Source of the DNA: a virus
Lineage: Duplodnaviria; Caudoviricetes
DNA: 24,340 nucleotides
IMG/VR virus record: IMGVR_UViG_3300047290_000197
Span: 1-24,340 of that record
Strand: one strand, 5' to 3'
Positions 8,107 through 16,659 of the stretch are shown here, piece by piece; position 1 is the stretch's first letter, and every line of letters starts with the position of its first letter. The notes below the pieces were generated by a model. It saw only the letters and a program-made list of their open reading frames with translations, did no database searches and was not told the origin of the DNA. Both the position numbers and the translations under genes were made by a program.

Positions 8107-8355
8107 TCAGGCGCAGTCGTTGCGATGCAGATGTCCCGCGGGCTCAGCAACCTTGCGCTCGCGCTGAGCGAATTGTATGCGGCTTTTTTGCACATTGAAC
8201 ATCACGATGCCCGCACCCACCACCAGCAGACCCGCATAAATCACCCCAGGATCCACAGCGGCTACATGGGCTAGGTAATGGATGCTAGCGATCAACACAG
8301 CACAATACACGAAGAACAGCACAGTATGGCCCAGGGCCAAAAGATTGGTTTTCAT
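8107..8355 (-). CDS. Small membrane protein (2 predicted TM helices)
   Basis: Two hydrophobic stretches and a charged tail. SD AAGGA, with a promoter upstream and a terminator downstream. Confidence 0.7.
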   Translation of the reverse strand: MKTNLLALGHTVLFFVYCAVLIASIHYLAHVAAVDPGVIYAGLLVVGAGIVMFNVQKSRIQFAQRERKVAEPAGHLHRNDCA

Positions 8356-8411
8356 AAGTGTCCTTTTTAGAAATTAGGGGCTGGACGATCCAGTCCACTA
8401 GCTGCATCGTG

Positions 8412-8440
8412 ATACTAGCATCTCCAGCGATCGCTGTCAA
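8412..8440 (-). promoter_or_regulatory. sigma70 promoter
   Basis: TTGACA (8440-8435), 17-nt spacer, TAGTAT (8417-8412) with an extended -10 TG. Confidence 0.65.
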
Positions 8441-8441
8441 C

Positions 8442-9242
8442 CTAGATCCAAAGAGCCCTGATCATGGGGTCATTGGTCTGATGGGGTTTGGGCCGACCAT
8501 GGAACACCAGAATGCTGACTCCAGACGCGATTTTGGTACCCGTGCCCGGTGCACGGGGTCTGCGTGTTTGAAAGTCCCACCCACCATCATGGGCGCTCCA
8601 GCGCCAGCTTTGGATATTTTGGTCAGGGTAGTAGCGCCTGTGATTGTGATCTATGGTCCTGTACAAGAAATCTTGGTCCCCGTGCATGCTGGCCGCCCAT
8701 TGTTGGGGTGTGCGCTGCTGCCACGCAGCCCAGACCCAGCTCATGACTTCTGTGTTCCACCACATCACGCTGCTGTTCATGTTCTGTACATGATGGTTGT
8801 GCAGATAACGAAAATCCCTTAGCGTCCACATGCACTCAGTGGTGTCTTGCAACAGCCAATCCAGATTACCACAGATCACGGTGTCTAGATCAAAGTACAG
8901 CAGATCGCCCCTGTGATGCTGGGGGTCAAACATCTGCATCTTGTACCACCAGCTTTTTTTCGGCCCTGTTATATCCGGCCAATCTTCAAGGCAATGTTTC
9001 ACATAGTCCGGAGGTACAGATCTGTCATGTTCGGTCCACACATGCATGCGCACCGGCAAACTGATGTTACGGCTGACCATGTTGCGCAGTCTCTCCACAT
9101 AGGTCCAATCATAGGCCTTGCCGTGTATCACACAGGCCACATCCACGATCTTGCGTAACTCAGTCACGCAGTGTTTGCGGGCTCGATGCTGGGCCTTGTT
9201 GGCCCGTATCTGTTGTTTGGTCAGCGTGGCGGATTGTGCCAT
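8442..9242 (-). CDS. GT-A fold glycosyltransferase (GT8-like)
   Basis: YVERLRNMV, WWYKMQMF, LYFDLD (DxD), MNSSVM, GDQDF and VFHGRPKPH. Confidence 0.82.
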   Translation of the reverse strand: MAQSATLTKQQIRANKAQHRARKHCVTELRKIVDVACVIHGKAYDWTYVERLRNMVSRNISLPVRMHVWTEHDRSVPPDYVKHCLEDWPDITGPKKSWWYKMQMFDPQHHRGDLLYFDLDTVICGNLDWLLQDTTECMWTLRDFRYLHNHHVQNMNSSVMWWNTEVMSWVWAAWQQRTPQQWAASMHGDQDFLYRTIDHNHRRYYPDQNIQSWRWSAHDGGWDFQTRRPRAPGTGTKIASGVSILVFHGRPKPHQTNDPMIRALWI

Positions 9243-10006
9243 AATTGGGGATATCTAGCCAGCACACACATCACGTCCGGGGGGTACTGGGTTTCAATCA
9301 CGGCGCTGGCGCATTTGTGGTTGATGGCGCTCAGGGTATCCAGATCCTTGAACGCGGCCAAGACCTGTTCGGGATCGCGATGTTGACTTTCTATACAGGC
9401 CCGGACCTTGTGGCGTATGGCTTCGTCTGAGCCCATCCAGGTCCAGTGCCAACCCACAGCTTGTTTTAGACCCACGCAGTGGCTGCGGTCTTTACGTTTA
9501 ACATTCTGTCCTTTGTAGAGCTCATGGGGTGTGTCAAACATGTGGCGGCGTGCTACCACACTGCCTTTCCAGTTGCGAGCCGCGCGCTGATCCAAGCGAT
9601 AAAAGTACATTTCCATGCCACAGGTCACGGGACGTTCATGCTGATCCATCAGCGCCACGATATCAAACCATGCTGTGGGATCAATCACTTCGTCTAGATC
9701 ACCGTGTATGACAATGTCCTTGGGGTCACACTGTGCAAGGCTCTCGCGGAAACCCTGGCGCATCTGGGTCTCGCACACCAGGTTGGTCTGATCTTCAGCA
9801 AGGGGTAGGCACACGGTTTGGATGCGCCCCTGCCATCTGCGATTGTACTCCCCCAGTCGTTCAGTGAGATAGTAGGGTTTGGGCATGCCTGAAAAGGTCC
9901 TGCTAGCTTCCAGGATGATCCAGCGATCCACGTAGTGATCCGTGATGGCCAGATGTATGTCCAGCATGTCAAACTCGTTGTTGAACAGCGTGGTGTCTAT
10001 GATCAT
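9221..10006 (-). CDS. GT17-family (beta-1,4-N-acetylglucosaminyltransferase III-like) glycosyltransferase
   Basis: FNNEFDMLDIHL, ILEASRTFSGMPKP, GDLDEV and GWHWTW match the GT17 motifs. Confidence 0.82.
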   Translation of the reverse strand: MIIDTTLFNNEFDMLDIHLAITDHYVDRWIILEASRTFSGMPKPYYLTERLGEYNRRWQGRIQTVCLPLAEDQTNLVCETQMRQGFRESLAQCDPKDIVIHGDLDEVIDPTAWFDIVALMDQHERPVTCGMEMYFYRLDQRAARNWKGSVVARRHMFDTPHELYKGQNVKRKDRSHCVGLKQAVGWHWTWMGSDEAIRHKVRACIESQHRDPEQVLAAFKDLDTLSAINHKCASAVIETQYPPDVMCVLARYPQLWHNPPR

Positions 10007-10007
10007 G

Positions 10008-10637
10008 TCAAAATTGATACACTATCTGATAGGCATCGTAGATGGGCTGCTTGCCGCGAGCTTCAAGGTACTCCACTATGCGTCGACCTTTACCGGTACG
10101 TGTGCCATCTTGAAAACGAGCGTTGTCATCAATGGCCACCACTGCTCCGGTTTTGAGATAGGGTTCTATGGCCTGGAATTCTCGCAAGTGATGATCGGCA
10201 CTGCCCCGATCATCGGACCATTTCACATCCCAGCTGTCTAGATAGAACAGATCTATGTCATCCAGATCGGTCTGATCCTGTAACCAGGCGACTGAATCTG
10301 CACAATAAACTTGAAATCGGCTGTGCCTGATCGCTTGTCTAGCAGCCTCACAGGCCTGAGCATCTATGTCCACGCTGTCCACTGATCCACCATGATGCTC
10401 CACGAACTCAGTGAACAGCACTGCGCTTTGCCCGTCTTTCCAGTTTCCGGGGTTGCGCAACGTTCCTGTTTCGATGATCCGGTACCAGTCTAGGTCACGA
10501 GCCAGTAACAGCTCAAACATCAACTCAAATCCAGCAAAGCGTAGGCCTATACCCTCTTGCAGGCCTCGCTTGGCCCCGCTTATCACCGGGGACAGTCTTT
10601 CGCGGTTGGCAGTACGCCACTGGTCTAGCCAAGTCAT
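10008..10637 (-). CDS. Class I SAM-dependent methyltransferase (Methyltransf_24-like)
   Basis: IIETGT, SVDID, DSVAWL, IDLFYLDSWD and VAIDDN. Start moved to ATG 10637, an ATGA overlap with the upstream gene. Confidence 0.8.
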   Translation of the reverse strand: MTWLDQWRTANRERLSPVISGAKRGLQEGIGLRFAGFELMFELLLARDLDWYRIIETGTLRNPGNWKDGQSAVLFTEFVEHHGGSVDSVDIDAQACEAARQAIRHSRFQVYCADSVAWLQDQTDLDDIDLFYLDSWDVKWSDDRGSADHHLREFQAIEPYLKTGAVVAIDDNARFQDGTRTGKGRRIVEYLEARGKQPIYDAYQIVYQF

Positions 10638-11191
10638 GGTTTGCGCACCAACCAGCAGCGGCCCATACGTGACACACGTATGTTCTGAGGTTTGAAAAAA
10701 TCCCACACTGCCTGTTGCAGTGCCGGATAACCTTTGGTGTAGTCGTCGCCACCAAACCAAGCACCGGACTTTATACAGGGCCACCATGCTGTTAGATCAC
10801 GTGTCACAGAATCATAGTCGTGACCTGCATCCACATAACAGAAGTCTACTGTTCCGGGTGGGAATTCTTGGGCAGCTTCCCAGCTGAGACATTCTCGCAT
10901 TTCAATCACATGCTGTATGGGCCTGGTATTGCTGATAAAGGTGTCCCTCACAGTGGCCAGCGCGGGATTGTTGGCCAACTCTTGTCCTCCGGACCAGCTG
11001 TCCACACAGTAAAAAGATCCATGCCAACCTCTGGTGATCAGTTCTACTGCGCAATAGGCTGCACTACGTCCAGTCCATGACCCCAGTTCTACCCAACAGC
11101 CATTTTTGGGGAAAGTCTGTATCACATGATCCAACATCACTGTGTTGCGGTGATTCATGAATCCATCTATGCGATCGTAAAAGTGTTCCAT
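10634..11191 (-). CDS. Class I SAM-dependent methyltransferase (Methyltransf_24-like)
   Basis: VELGSWTGRS, CVDSW, VDFCYVDAGHDY and GGDDY. Confidence 0.87.
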   Translation of the reverse strand: MEHFYDRIDGFMNHRNTVMLDHVIQTFPKNGCWVELGSWTGRSAAYCAVELITRGWHGSFYCVDSWSGGQELANNPALATVRDTFISNTRPIQHVIEMRECLSWEAAQEFPPGTVDFCYVDAGHDYDSVTRDLTAWWPCIKSGAWFGGDDYTKGYPALQQAVWDFFKPQNIRVSRMGRCWLVRKP

Positions 11192-11197
11192 AAATCT

Positions 11198-11225
11198 TAT
11201 TTACCGTAATAGCAGCACATAAATA
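11198..11225. promoter_or_regulatory. Divergent pair of T4-late-like TAAATA promoters driving two glycan operons
   Basis: Minus-strand TAAATA at 11203-11198 is 6 nt before ATG 11191. Plus-strand TAAATA at 11220-11225 is 5 nt before ATG 11231. Confidence 0.7.
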
Positions 11226-11230
11226 TTTCT

Positions 11231-12010
11231 ATGAAAACCATTGTATTATGCACCGGTGGATACGACCCCGTACATTCAGGGCACATCGCCTACTTTGAAG
11301 CTGCACGTGCCTTGGGCGATAGATTGATAGTGGGCCTCAACAGCGACGAATGGCTCACGCGCAAGAAAGGTCGTGCTTTCATGCCCCTGCGCGAACGTTT
11401 GGCCATCGTGGCCAATCTTCGCATGGTAGATCAAGTGGTCACCTACGACGACAGCGATGGCAGCAGTATCCAGGCCATACAGCGGGTGAGAGCACTATAT
11501 CCCCGCGATCGAATCATATTTGCCAACGGTGGTGATCGTACTCGCACCAACATACCTGAAATGGGCTGCGACGTTGCCCGTGTTGAGTTTGAATTTGGAG
11601 TGGGCGGTACCAACAAGGCCAACAGCAGCAGTTGGATACTAGAAGATTGGAAGGCTCCCAAGACTCCCCGTCCCTGGGGCTACTATCGCGTGCTGCACGA
11701 AGTGTCTGGCTGCAAGGTCAAAGAGCTCACGGTCAGCCCCGGCGCCAGCCTTAGCATGCAACGGCATAAAGATCGTGCGGAATTTTGGCTGGTGGATCAA
11801 GGCACTGCCACGGTGTACACCATCAATTCCAGTACTGATGCCGAGCTGAACGGGGTGTATCAACGCCACGAGTTTTTACACATCGCACCCAACGAATGGC
11901 ATCAACTAATCAACGAGCAACCCACTCCACTCAAGATAGTGGAGATACAGTATGGCAATCGCTGCGAAGAAGATGACATCACTCGCAACGAAAAAGTCAG
12001 ATGGGGTTGA
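11231..12010 (+). CDS. Fusion of a cytidylyltransferase-like (RfaE/TagD HxGH) domain and a type II mannose-6-phosphate isomerase-like cupin
   Basis: GGYDPVHSGH, VGLNSD, RKKGR and FANGGDR, followed by RPWGYY, PGASLSMQRH..RAEFW, WHQL and IVEIQYG...EDDI. Confidence 0.87.
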   Translation: MKTIVLCTGGYDPVHSGHIAYFEAARALGDRLIVGLNSDEWLTRKKGRAFMPLRERLAIVANLRMVDQVVTYDDSDGSSIQAIQRVRALYPRDRIIFANGGDRTRTNIPEMGCDVARVEFEFGVGGTNKANSSSWILEDWKAPKTPRPWGYYRVLHEVSGCKVKELTVSPGASLSMQRHKDRAEFWLVDQGTATVYTINSSTDAELNGVYQRHEFLHIAPNEWHQLINEQPTPLKIVEIQYGNRCEEDDITRNEKVRWG

Positions 12011-12013
12011 CAG

Positions 12014-12694
12014 TTGGAAATCATACCAATCTACATCGGCTATGACCCCAGGGAGGCTGTGGTATTCCACACCTGTGTCAACAGCATCATCAGACACAGT
12101 AGCCAACCCGTGGCCATCATGCCTTTGGCCCTGAACCTATTGCCAGGTTACCGCGAAACACACGGGGATGGCAGTAATCAATTTATCTACAGTCGTTTTC
12201 TTGTGCCCTGGCTACAGGGTTTCAAAGGATGGGCCATATACCTAGACGGTGACATGGTGGTCCAGGCGGACATAGCAGAACTATGGGCACTGCGCGATGC
12301 ATACAAAGACGTCATGGTGGTCAAGCACGACTATCAGACTCGCATGGCTGAAAAATACCTGGGTTCTCCCAATCAAACCTACCCAAGGAAAAACTGGAGC
12401 TCGGTAATACTGTGGAACTGCGCTAACTTTCCCACCAAACGATTGACCCCGGAATTTGTATCCAAGGCCACAGGACAATTCCTGCATCGATTCCAGTGGC
12501 TAGAGGACCACCGCATAGGAACATTGCCCCCAGAATGGAACTGGCTGCCCGATGAGTACGGAGCCAACCACGAGGCCAAACTGCTGCATTGGACCCTAGG
12601 TGCACCATGCTTCAAAGAGTTCGTGGATACTGCTCAAGCGGATCAGTGGCATCGTGAACACAGTTTGGCCAACCACTGCGATCAAAGGTGCTAG
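12014..12694 (+). CDS. GT-A fold glycosyltransferase (GT8-related)
   Basis: TTG start. IYIGYDPRE, FIYSRFLVP, YLDGDM, YPRKNWSSV, EWNWL and LLHWTLGAP. Confidence 0.82.
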   Translation: MEIIPIYIGYDPREAVVFHTCVNSIIRHSSQPVAIMPLALNLLPGYRETHGDGSNQFIYSRFLVPWLQGFKGWAIYLDGDMVVQADIAELWALRDAYKDVMVVKHDYQTRMAEKYLGSPNQTYPRKNWSSVILWNCANFPTKRLTPEFVSKATGQFLHRFQWLEDHRIGTLPPEWNWLPDEYGANHEAKLLHWTLGAPCFKEFVDTAQADQWHREHSLANHCDQRC

Positions 12695-12695
12695 C

Positions 12696-13511
12696 ATGAA
12701 CAGCGACTGGCTTTTTCTCAGCAAACACGGGCAGGACAAATACATCAACTGGCTGGCGCATAGCGCGGGGGTGGACCCATACAACAGCGACTATTTTGAT
12801 TACTATTACGATGTTTTCAAAGACAACAAAAAGCTGGTGCTAAGAGGCATACTCAAACACAAGATCATGCAGCAGTGCTGGCAGGACAAGAGAGATTTTT
12901 GGTACATGGACTCGGGCTATCTTGGCAATCTCACCAGCTCGATCAATCCCAGGGGAAACAAAAACTGGCATCGCATCGTGCACAACAATCTACAACATGA
13001 CCAAGTGGTCATCCGCGCAGAGGATCGATTCAATCGCTTGCATATTAGACCCCACAAACGCCGATATGGTCGGCGCATCATAGTGGCCGCGCCCGACGAC
13101 AAACCCTGCAAATTTTATGGCATAGATCGCGAACAGTGGATCACTGACACTGTAAACACTATCAAACAGCACACAGATCGTCCAGTGGTCATACGTGATC
13201 GGGCCAGTAAACGGCAAGATCGAGTTCACGTGAACCCCCTCAAGCAAGAATTAGAAAATGATACCCATGCACTGGTCACGTTCAACAGTAACAGCGCGGT
13301 AGAAGCGGTGATCGAGGGCGTGCCAGTGTTTGTGTTGGCTCCGGCACACGCGGCCGCACCCGTGGGCAATCGTGATCTCAAACTGATAGAAACACCGTTT
13401 TGGCCCAGTGTAGGTCACATACACGCCTGGCTGTGTCATCTGGCCTACTGCCAGTACACAGCCAAAGAACTGCAGAACGGAACTGCTTTTGGGATGATGA
13501 ATGACATTTAA
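12696..13511 (+). CDS. GT-B-like capsule polysaccharide synthesis-type protein, paralog 1
   Basis: Start moved to ATG 12696. TDRPVVIR and VTFNSNSAVEAVIEGVPVF, with C-terminal LAYCQYTAKELQNG shared with its paralogs. Confidence 0.65.
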   Translation: MNSDWLFLSKHGQDKYINWLAHSAGVDPYNSDYFDYYYDVFKDNKKLVLRGILKHKIMQQCWQDKRDFWYMDSGYLGNLTSSINPRGNKNWHRIVHNNLQHDQVVIRAEDRFNRLHIRPHKRRYGRRIIVAAPDDKPCKFYGIDREQWITDTVNTIKQHTDRPVVIRDRASKRQDRVHVNPLKQELENDTHALVTFNSNSAVEAVIEGVPVFVLAPAHAAAPVGNRDLKLIETPFWPSVGHIHAWLCHLAYCQYTAKELQNGTAFGMMNDI

Positions 13512-14466
13512 GGTAATCAGTTACCTGGCCACATTGCCCCGGAGCAAGACGCCGGAAAGCATGGCCAAGCATGCGGACAAGTCCAACACTCTGCGATTTT
13601 TTGCCCAGGGTGTGAATTCAGCTGGCGACAGTGGTATGGTATCTGACTCCCCGCACTGGCAACCCAGCGATGTGGCAGTGATACTGGGTTGGGTACACGA
13701 ACACAGCAAAGACAGCGCACATCTAAGACTGCGCCGGGAAATTATTGACAATCAGAAACGCAACGGCTGCAGGACCGTGATCGCGGACAGCAATCTATTT
13801 CTCTACAACAACACTGCCAATCCCGGCTATTGGCTACGCTACAGTTACGATCACGTGTTTCCCGGCATGGGCCAATACTGCGATCAAACCCCCGATCCCA
13901 ATCGCTGGCAGCAGATACAGCAGGCCATGGGCGTGACCCTAAAGCCATGGCGGGCCCAAGGCACACATTTGTTGATGTGTCTCCAGCGCGACGGTGGTTG
14001 GAGCATGGGCGGCTTTGATGTGGTAGACTGGGCACTACAGACCCTGGCCGAGATACGGAGACACAGTGACAGGCCCGTGATCATACGAGCACACCCCGGG
14101 GACAAACGAGCGCCCAAATACTGCCAGAGACTGGCCAAACTGCTCCTGGGGAGGCGTGTATCCGCTGTTACGTTCAGCCCATCCAATCACAGCCTAGTCC
14201 AGGATATGACCAACTGTTGGGCGGTGATCAACCACAACAGCAGTCCCTCAGTGGCTGCGGCCATCGAAGGCATACCGGTGTTTGTCACAGATGCTCTACA
14301 CAGCCAGGCCCGAGATGTTGCCAATCACAGTTTGAATCTGTTGGAAAATCCGCAAATGCCGGACCGACAGGCATGGATACAGAGGATCAGCCAATTCCAT
14401 TGGAGTCATGATGATCTAAGATCGGGGCTGTGCTGGAATCACATGCGCCAGTGGGCACGACCATGA
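13501..14466 (+). CDS. GT-B-like capsule polysaccharide synthesis-type protein, paralog 2
   Basis: LKPWR, CLQRD, SDRPVIIRAHPGD and INHNSSPSVAAAIEGIPVF. The HP motif recalls KpsC/KpsS-type enzymes. Confidence 0.65.
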   Translation: MTFKVISYLATLPRSKTPESMAKHADKSNTLRFFAQGVNSAGDSGMVSDSPHWQPSDVAVILGWVHEHSKDSAHLRLRREIIDNQKRNGCRTVIADSNLFLYNNTANPGYWLRYSYDHVFPGMGQYCDQTPDPNRWQQIQQAMGVTLKPWRAQGTHLLMCLQRDGGWSMGGFDVVDWALQTLAEIRRHSDRPVIIRAHPGDKRAPKYCQRLAKLLLGRRVSAVTFSPSNHSLVQDMTNCWAVINHNSSPSVAAAIEGIPVFVTDALHSQARDVANHSLNLLENPQMPDRQAWIQRISQFHWSHDDLRSGLCWNHMRQWARP

Positions 14467-15263
14467 TAGAAGTGATCACCAGCGTGAACGAGAGATATTG
14501 GAACGTGATAGGCCGAGACTGTGTGGAATCATGGCTGCGCCACTGGAGCACGGATTTTAGGCTCACCGTGTATGTGGAGGAATTTGAATTGCCCATCACT
14601 AGCGATCGCGTGACTGAAATTGGTTTTGATCAATTGGATCCCGATTACTGGCAGCTACAGCGACTCGATTGCCACGACAGCATCAAGCGATTTGCCAAGA
14701 AAGCCTATAGCTTCATGCATGCCATGCACCACAGCACCAGCCGTTGGATCATATGGTTGGATGCTGATGTGATAACCCAAAAAAGAGTCAACTGGAGCAC
14801 TTGGCGCCACATCCTTGACAAGGTCTATGTTGCCAGCTACCTGGGAGTGACCTACACCACGGACAAGCAGGGCAACGCTGGATCATGGTTGGTTCCGGAA
14901 ACGGGCGTGTTTGCAGTGAACCAACGTCATCCCCAATATGAGCAATTTAGATCAGAATACGTGCGACGATATCATCAACGTGATCATGCGGATCTCAGGA
15001 GATTCTACGACAACGATGTTTTTGGGGCTGCTATCAAAGCTATACCACATGCGCGGGTCAACGATCTATGTGCGGGGTTCGCCAAAGCCTACAAGACTCC
15101 GCTCAAACACACTGTATTGGGACCTTACCTTAAACATTACAAAGCCAAACACAGCAAGGTACAGTATCAGATGCCTAGCGAAACAGTGCCCAATACGGCT
15201 CAGAACGAGGACGCAGTAGATCCTTGGCCTGGCTGCGACCCGAATCCTTGCGGCGACCTTTGA
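14463..15263 (+). CDS. GT-A fold glycosyltransferase (nucleotide-diphospho-sugar transferase)
   Basis: Start moved to ATG 14463 (ATGA overlap). RFAKKAYS, IWLDADV, ETGVF, YDNDVF and HYKAK. Confidence 0.75.
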   Translation: MIEVITSVNERYWNVIGRDCVESWLRHWSTDFRLTVYVEEFELPITSDRVTEIGFDQLDPDYWQLQRLDCHDSIKRFAKKAYSFMHAMHHSTSRWIIWLDADVITQKRVNWSTWRHILDKVYVASYLGVTYTTDKQGNAGSWLVPETGVFAVNQRHPQYEQFRSEYVRRYHQRDHADLRRFYDNDVFGAAIKAIPHARVNDLCAGFAKAYKTPLKHTVLGPYLKHYKAKHSKVQYQMPSETVPNTAQNEDAVDPWPGCDPNPCGDL

Positions 15264-15996
15264 GGTGATCTAGGTAAGCCCCCCAAGCCGTGTTGATCAA
15301 GGGATGGCCTTCACCTCGGATCAGACCCTGGCTCCAGTTCAGCAGCGTCCACCCCGGATGGCGTACTTTGACTTCGTCTCGGGTGCGATCAAACACCCAG
15401 CAATCATTCCATTCGGCCATGGTCATGAGTCGACCTGAGTCATAGGCCAGCTGGAACTCCTGCAACCATTGCTGTGTGAACTGATCGCGCAGGTTCATGG
15501 CATAGAGACCACATTCAGTGAACTTCTTTTCGCGGCCCAGATAGGCCAGACCCACGCCCGGTGGCACTTGGCTCTGTATGAACTGTGTGGATACGGGTGT
15601 ATGGCATACCATGTCAGCGTCCATCCAGAACAGCACATCAGCCGTGGTGTTGCGGGCCGCATGACACACACTGTAGACCTTGTGGCTGAAACGTATGGCA
15701 TCCCAACGGAATCCCAGTCCAGGTGCTTTGCCCTTGCGATCTGTGGGGCCTTGAGCCACTTCACCGCGAGCCCTGGGATCAGAACCCCAACGCTGTTTGA
15801 ATGCCACCAGCTCTGGTATGGTAGCGTGGAGATCACGCACAACCAGATTGTCTGCGGTCTGTGCTACCCCGCAGTCCTGGGCATACACATACAGCATGAT
15901 CTCTCTGGGCCAGTTGGCCAAAAAGGTATCTATCATGCGGCTGGCATACTGTTCGTAGCCCTGCGCATGGAACGTGGTTACTACGGCGTAGGTCAT
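15175..15996 (-). CDS. GT-A fold glycosyltransferase, paralog of 14463..15263
   Basis: Start moved to ATG 15996 (ATGA overlap). RFSHKVYS, FWMDADM, ECGLY, WNDCWVFD and HLKG. Confidence 0.78.
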   Translation of the reverse strand: MTYAVVTTFHAQGYEQYASRMIDTFLANWPREIMLYVYAQDCGVAQTADNLVVRDLHATIPELVAFKQRWGSDPRARGEVAQGPTDRKGKAPGLGFRWDAIRFSHKVYSVCHAARNTTADVLFWMDADMVCHTPVSTQFIQSQVPPGVGLAYLGREKKFTECGLYAMNLRDQFTQQWLQEFQLAYDSGRLMTMAEWNDCWVFDRTRDEVKVRHPGWTLLNWSQGLIRGEGHPLINTAWGAYLDHLKGRRKDSGRSQAKDLLRPRSEPYWALFR

Positions 15997-16640
15997 TGTG
16001 GTATCCATATGGTATTGGTCTTGCTTTTGACTGGTGCGGCTTCATAGGGCCCGCATAAATCGTTGAGCCATTCACGGTGCAGTTGTTCTTGGCCGTTGCG
16101 CTCCAGCAGCAGCCAGGGCCTATTGCGTTTGATGGTATCACGACCGCCTTCTAGTACAGACATCTCAAAACCTTCTACATCTACCTTGATCCAATCCACT
16201 TGATCCAATCCAAAACTATCCAAAGTCACTAGATCACACTCATAGTTGATCCAGTCGGGATCTGTAGTGGCCGCGGTTGTCTGGCGACTGCATCCGCATT
16301 TGTTTTTTTGCATTTCAAACAGCACGGTCTGCGATCGATCGCTGAGACCCAGGGGGTGCAGCACAGCATTGGTACAATCAGACATGTTGAGCTTCAGTGC
16401 TTCAAAATTGGCACTGACAGGTTCAAAGCAGATCACACGCTCAAAGATCTGGGCGCTGGGTCGAGCAAATATGCCTATATTGGCCCCCACATCAACCATG
16501 GTGCGCTTGCGGGGGATGTTGTTGAATACCCAGTATCGGTATCTCTGCTGATACCAGATGTCTATCTGGGGCTCTAGGCGCTGGCTGAAAAAACCTTCTG
16601 GTGGCTCAGGGCTCCACCAAACTTCATTGACTTTATACAT
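15993..16640 (-). CDS. FkbM-family methyltransferase
   Basis: VDVGANIG, CFEP, TLDS and WIKVDVEGFEMSVLEG. Confidence 0.9.
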   Translation of the reverse strand: MYKVNEVWWSPEPPEGFFSQRLEPQIDIWYQQRYRYWVFNNIPRKRTMVDVGANIGIFARPSAQIFERVICFEPVSANFEALKLNMSDCTNAVLHPLGLSDRSQTVLFEMQKNKCGCSRQTTAATTDPDWINYECDLVTLDSFGLDQVDWIKVDVEGFEMSVLEGGRDTIKRNRPWLLLERNGQEQLHREWLNDLCGPYEAAPVKSKTNTIWIPQ

Positions 16641-16645
16641 AGTGA

Positions 16646-16655
16646 TAACTATTTA
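16646..16655. promoter_or_regulatory. Overlapping bidirectional late-like promoter (TAAATA minus, TAACTA plus)
   Basis: Within a 19-nt intergenic gap, minus-strand TAAATA at 16655-16650 is 9 nt before ATG 16640. The plus-strand variant TAACTA at 16646-16651 is 8 nt before GTG 16660. Confidence 0.55.
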
Positions 16656-16659
16656 CACC

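Noticed and set aside
8358-8822. 154-aa plus-strand ORF
   Set aside because: It is mostly antisense to the glycosyltransferase and crosses a minus-strand promoter, with no supporting signals.
10638-10787. Extended starts in the track for 10008..10787 (also 12600, 14430, 16008, 16558, 21383, 8019 and 1263)
   Set aside because: They overlap neighbouring genes or promoters. Downstream starts give ATGA coupling, an SD or correct promoter spacing.
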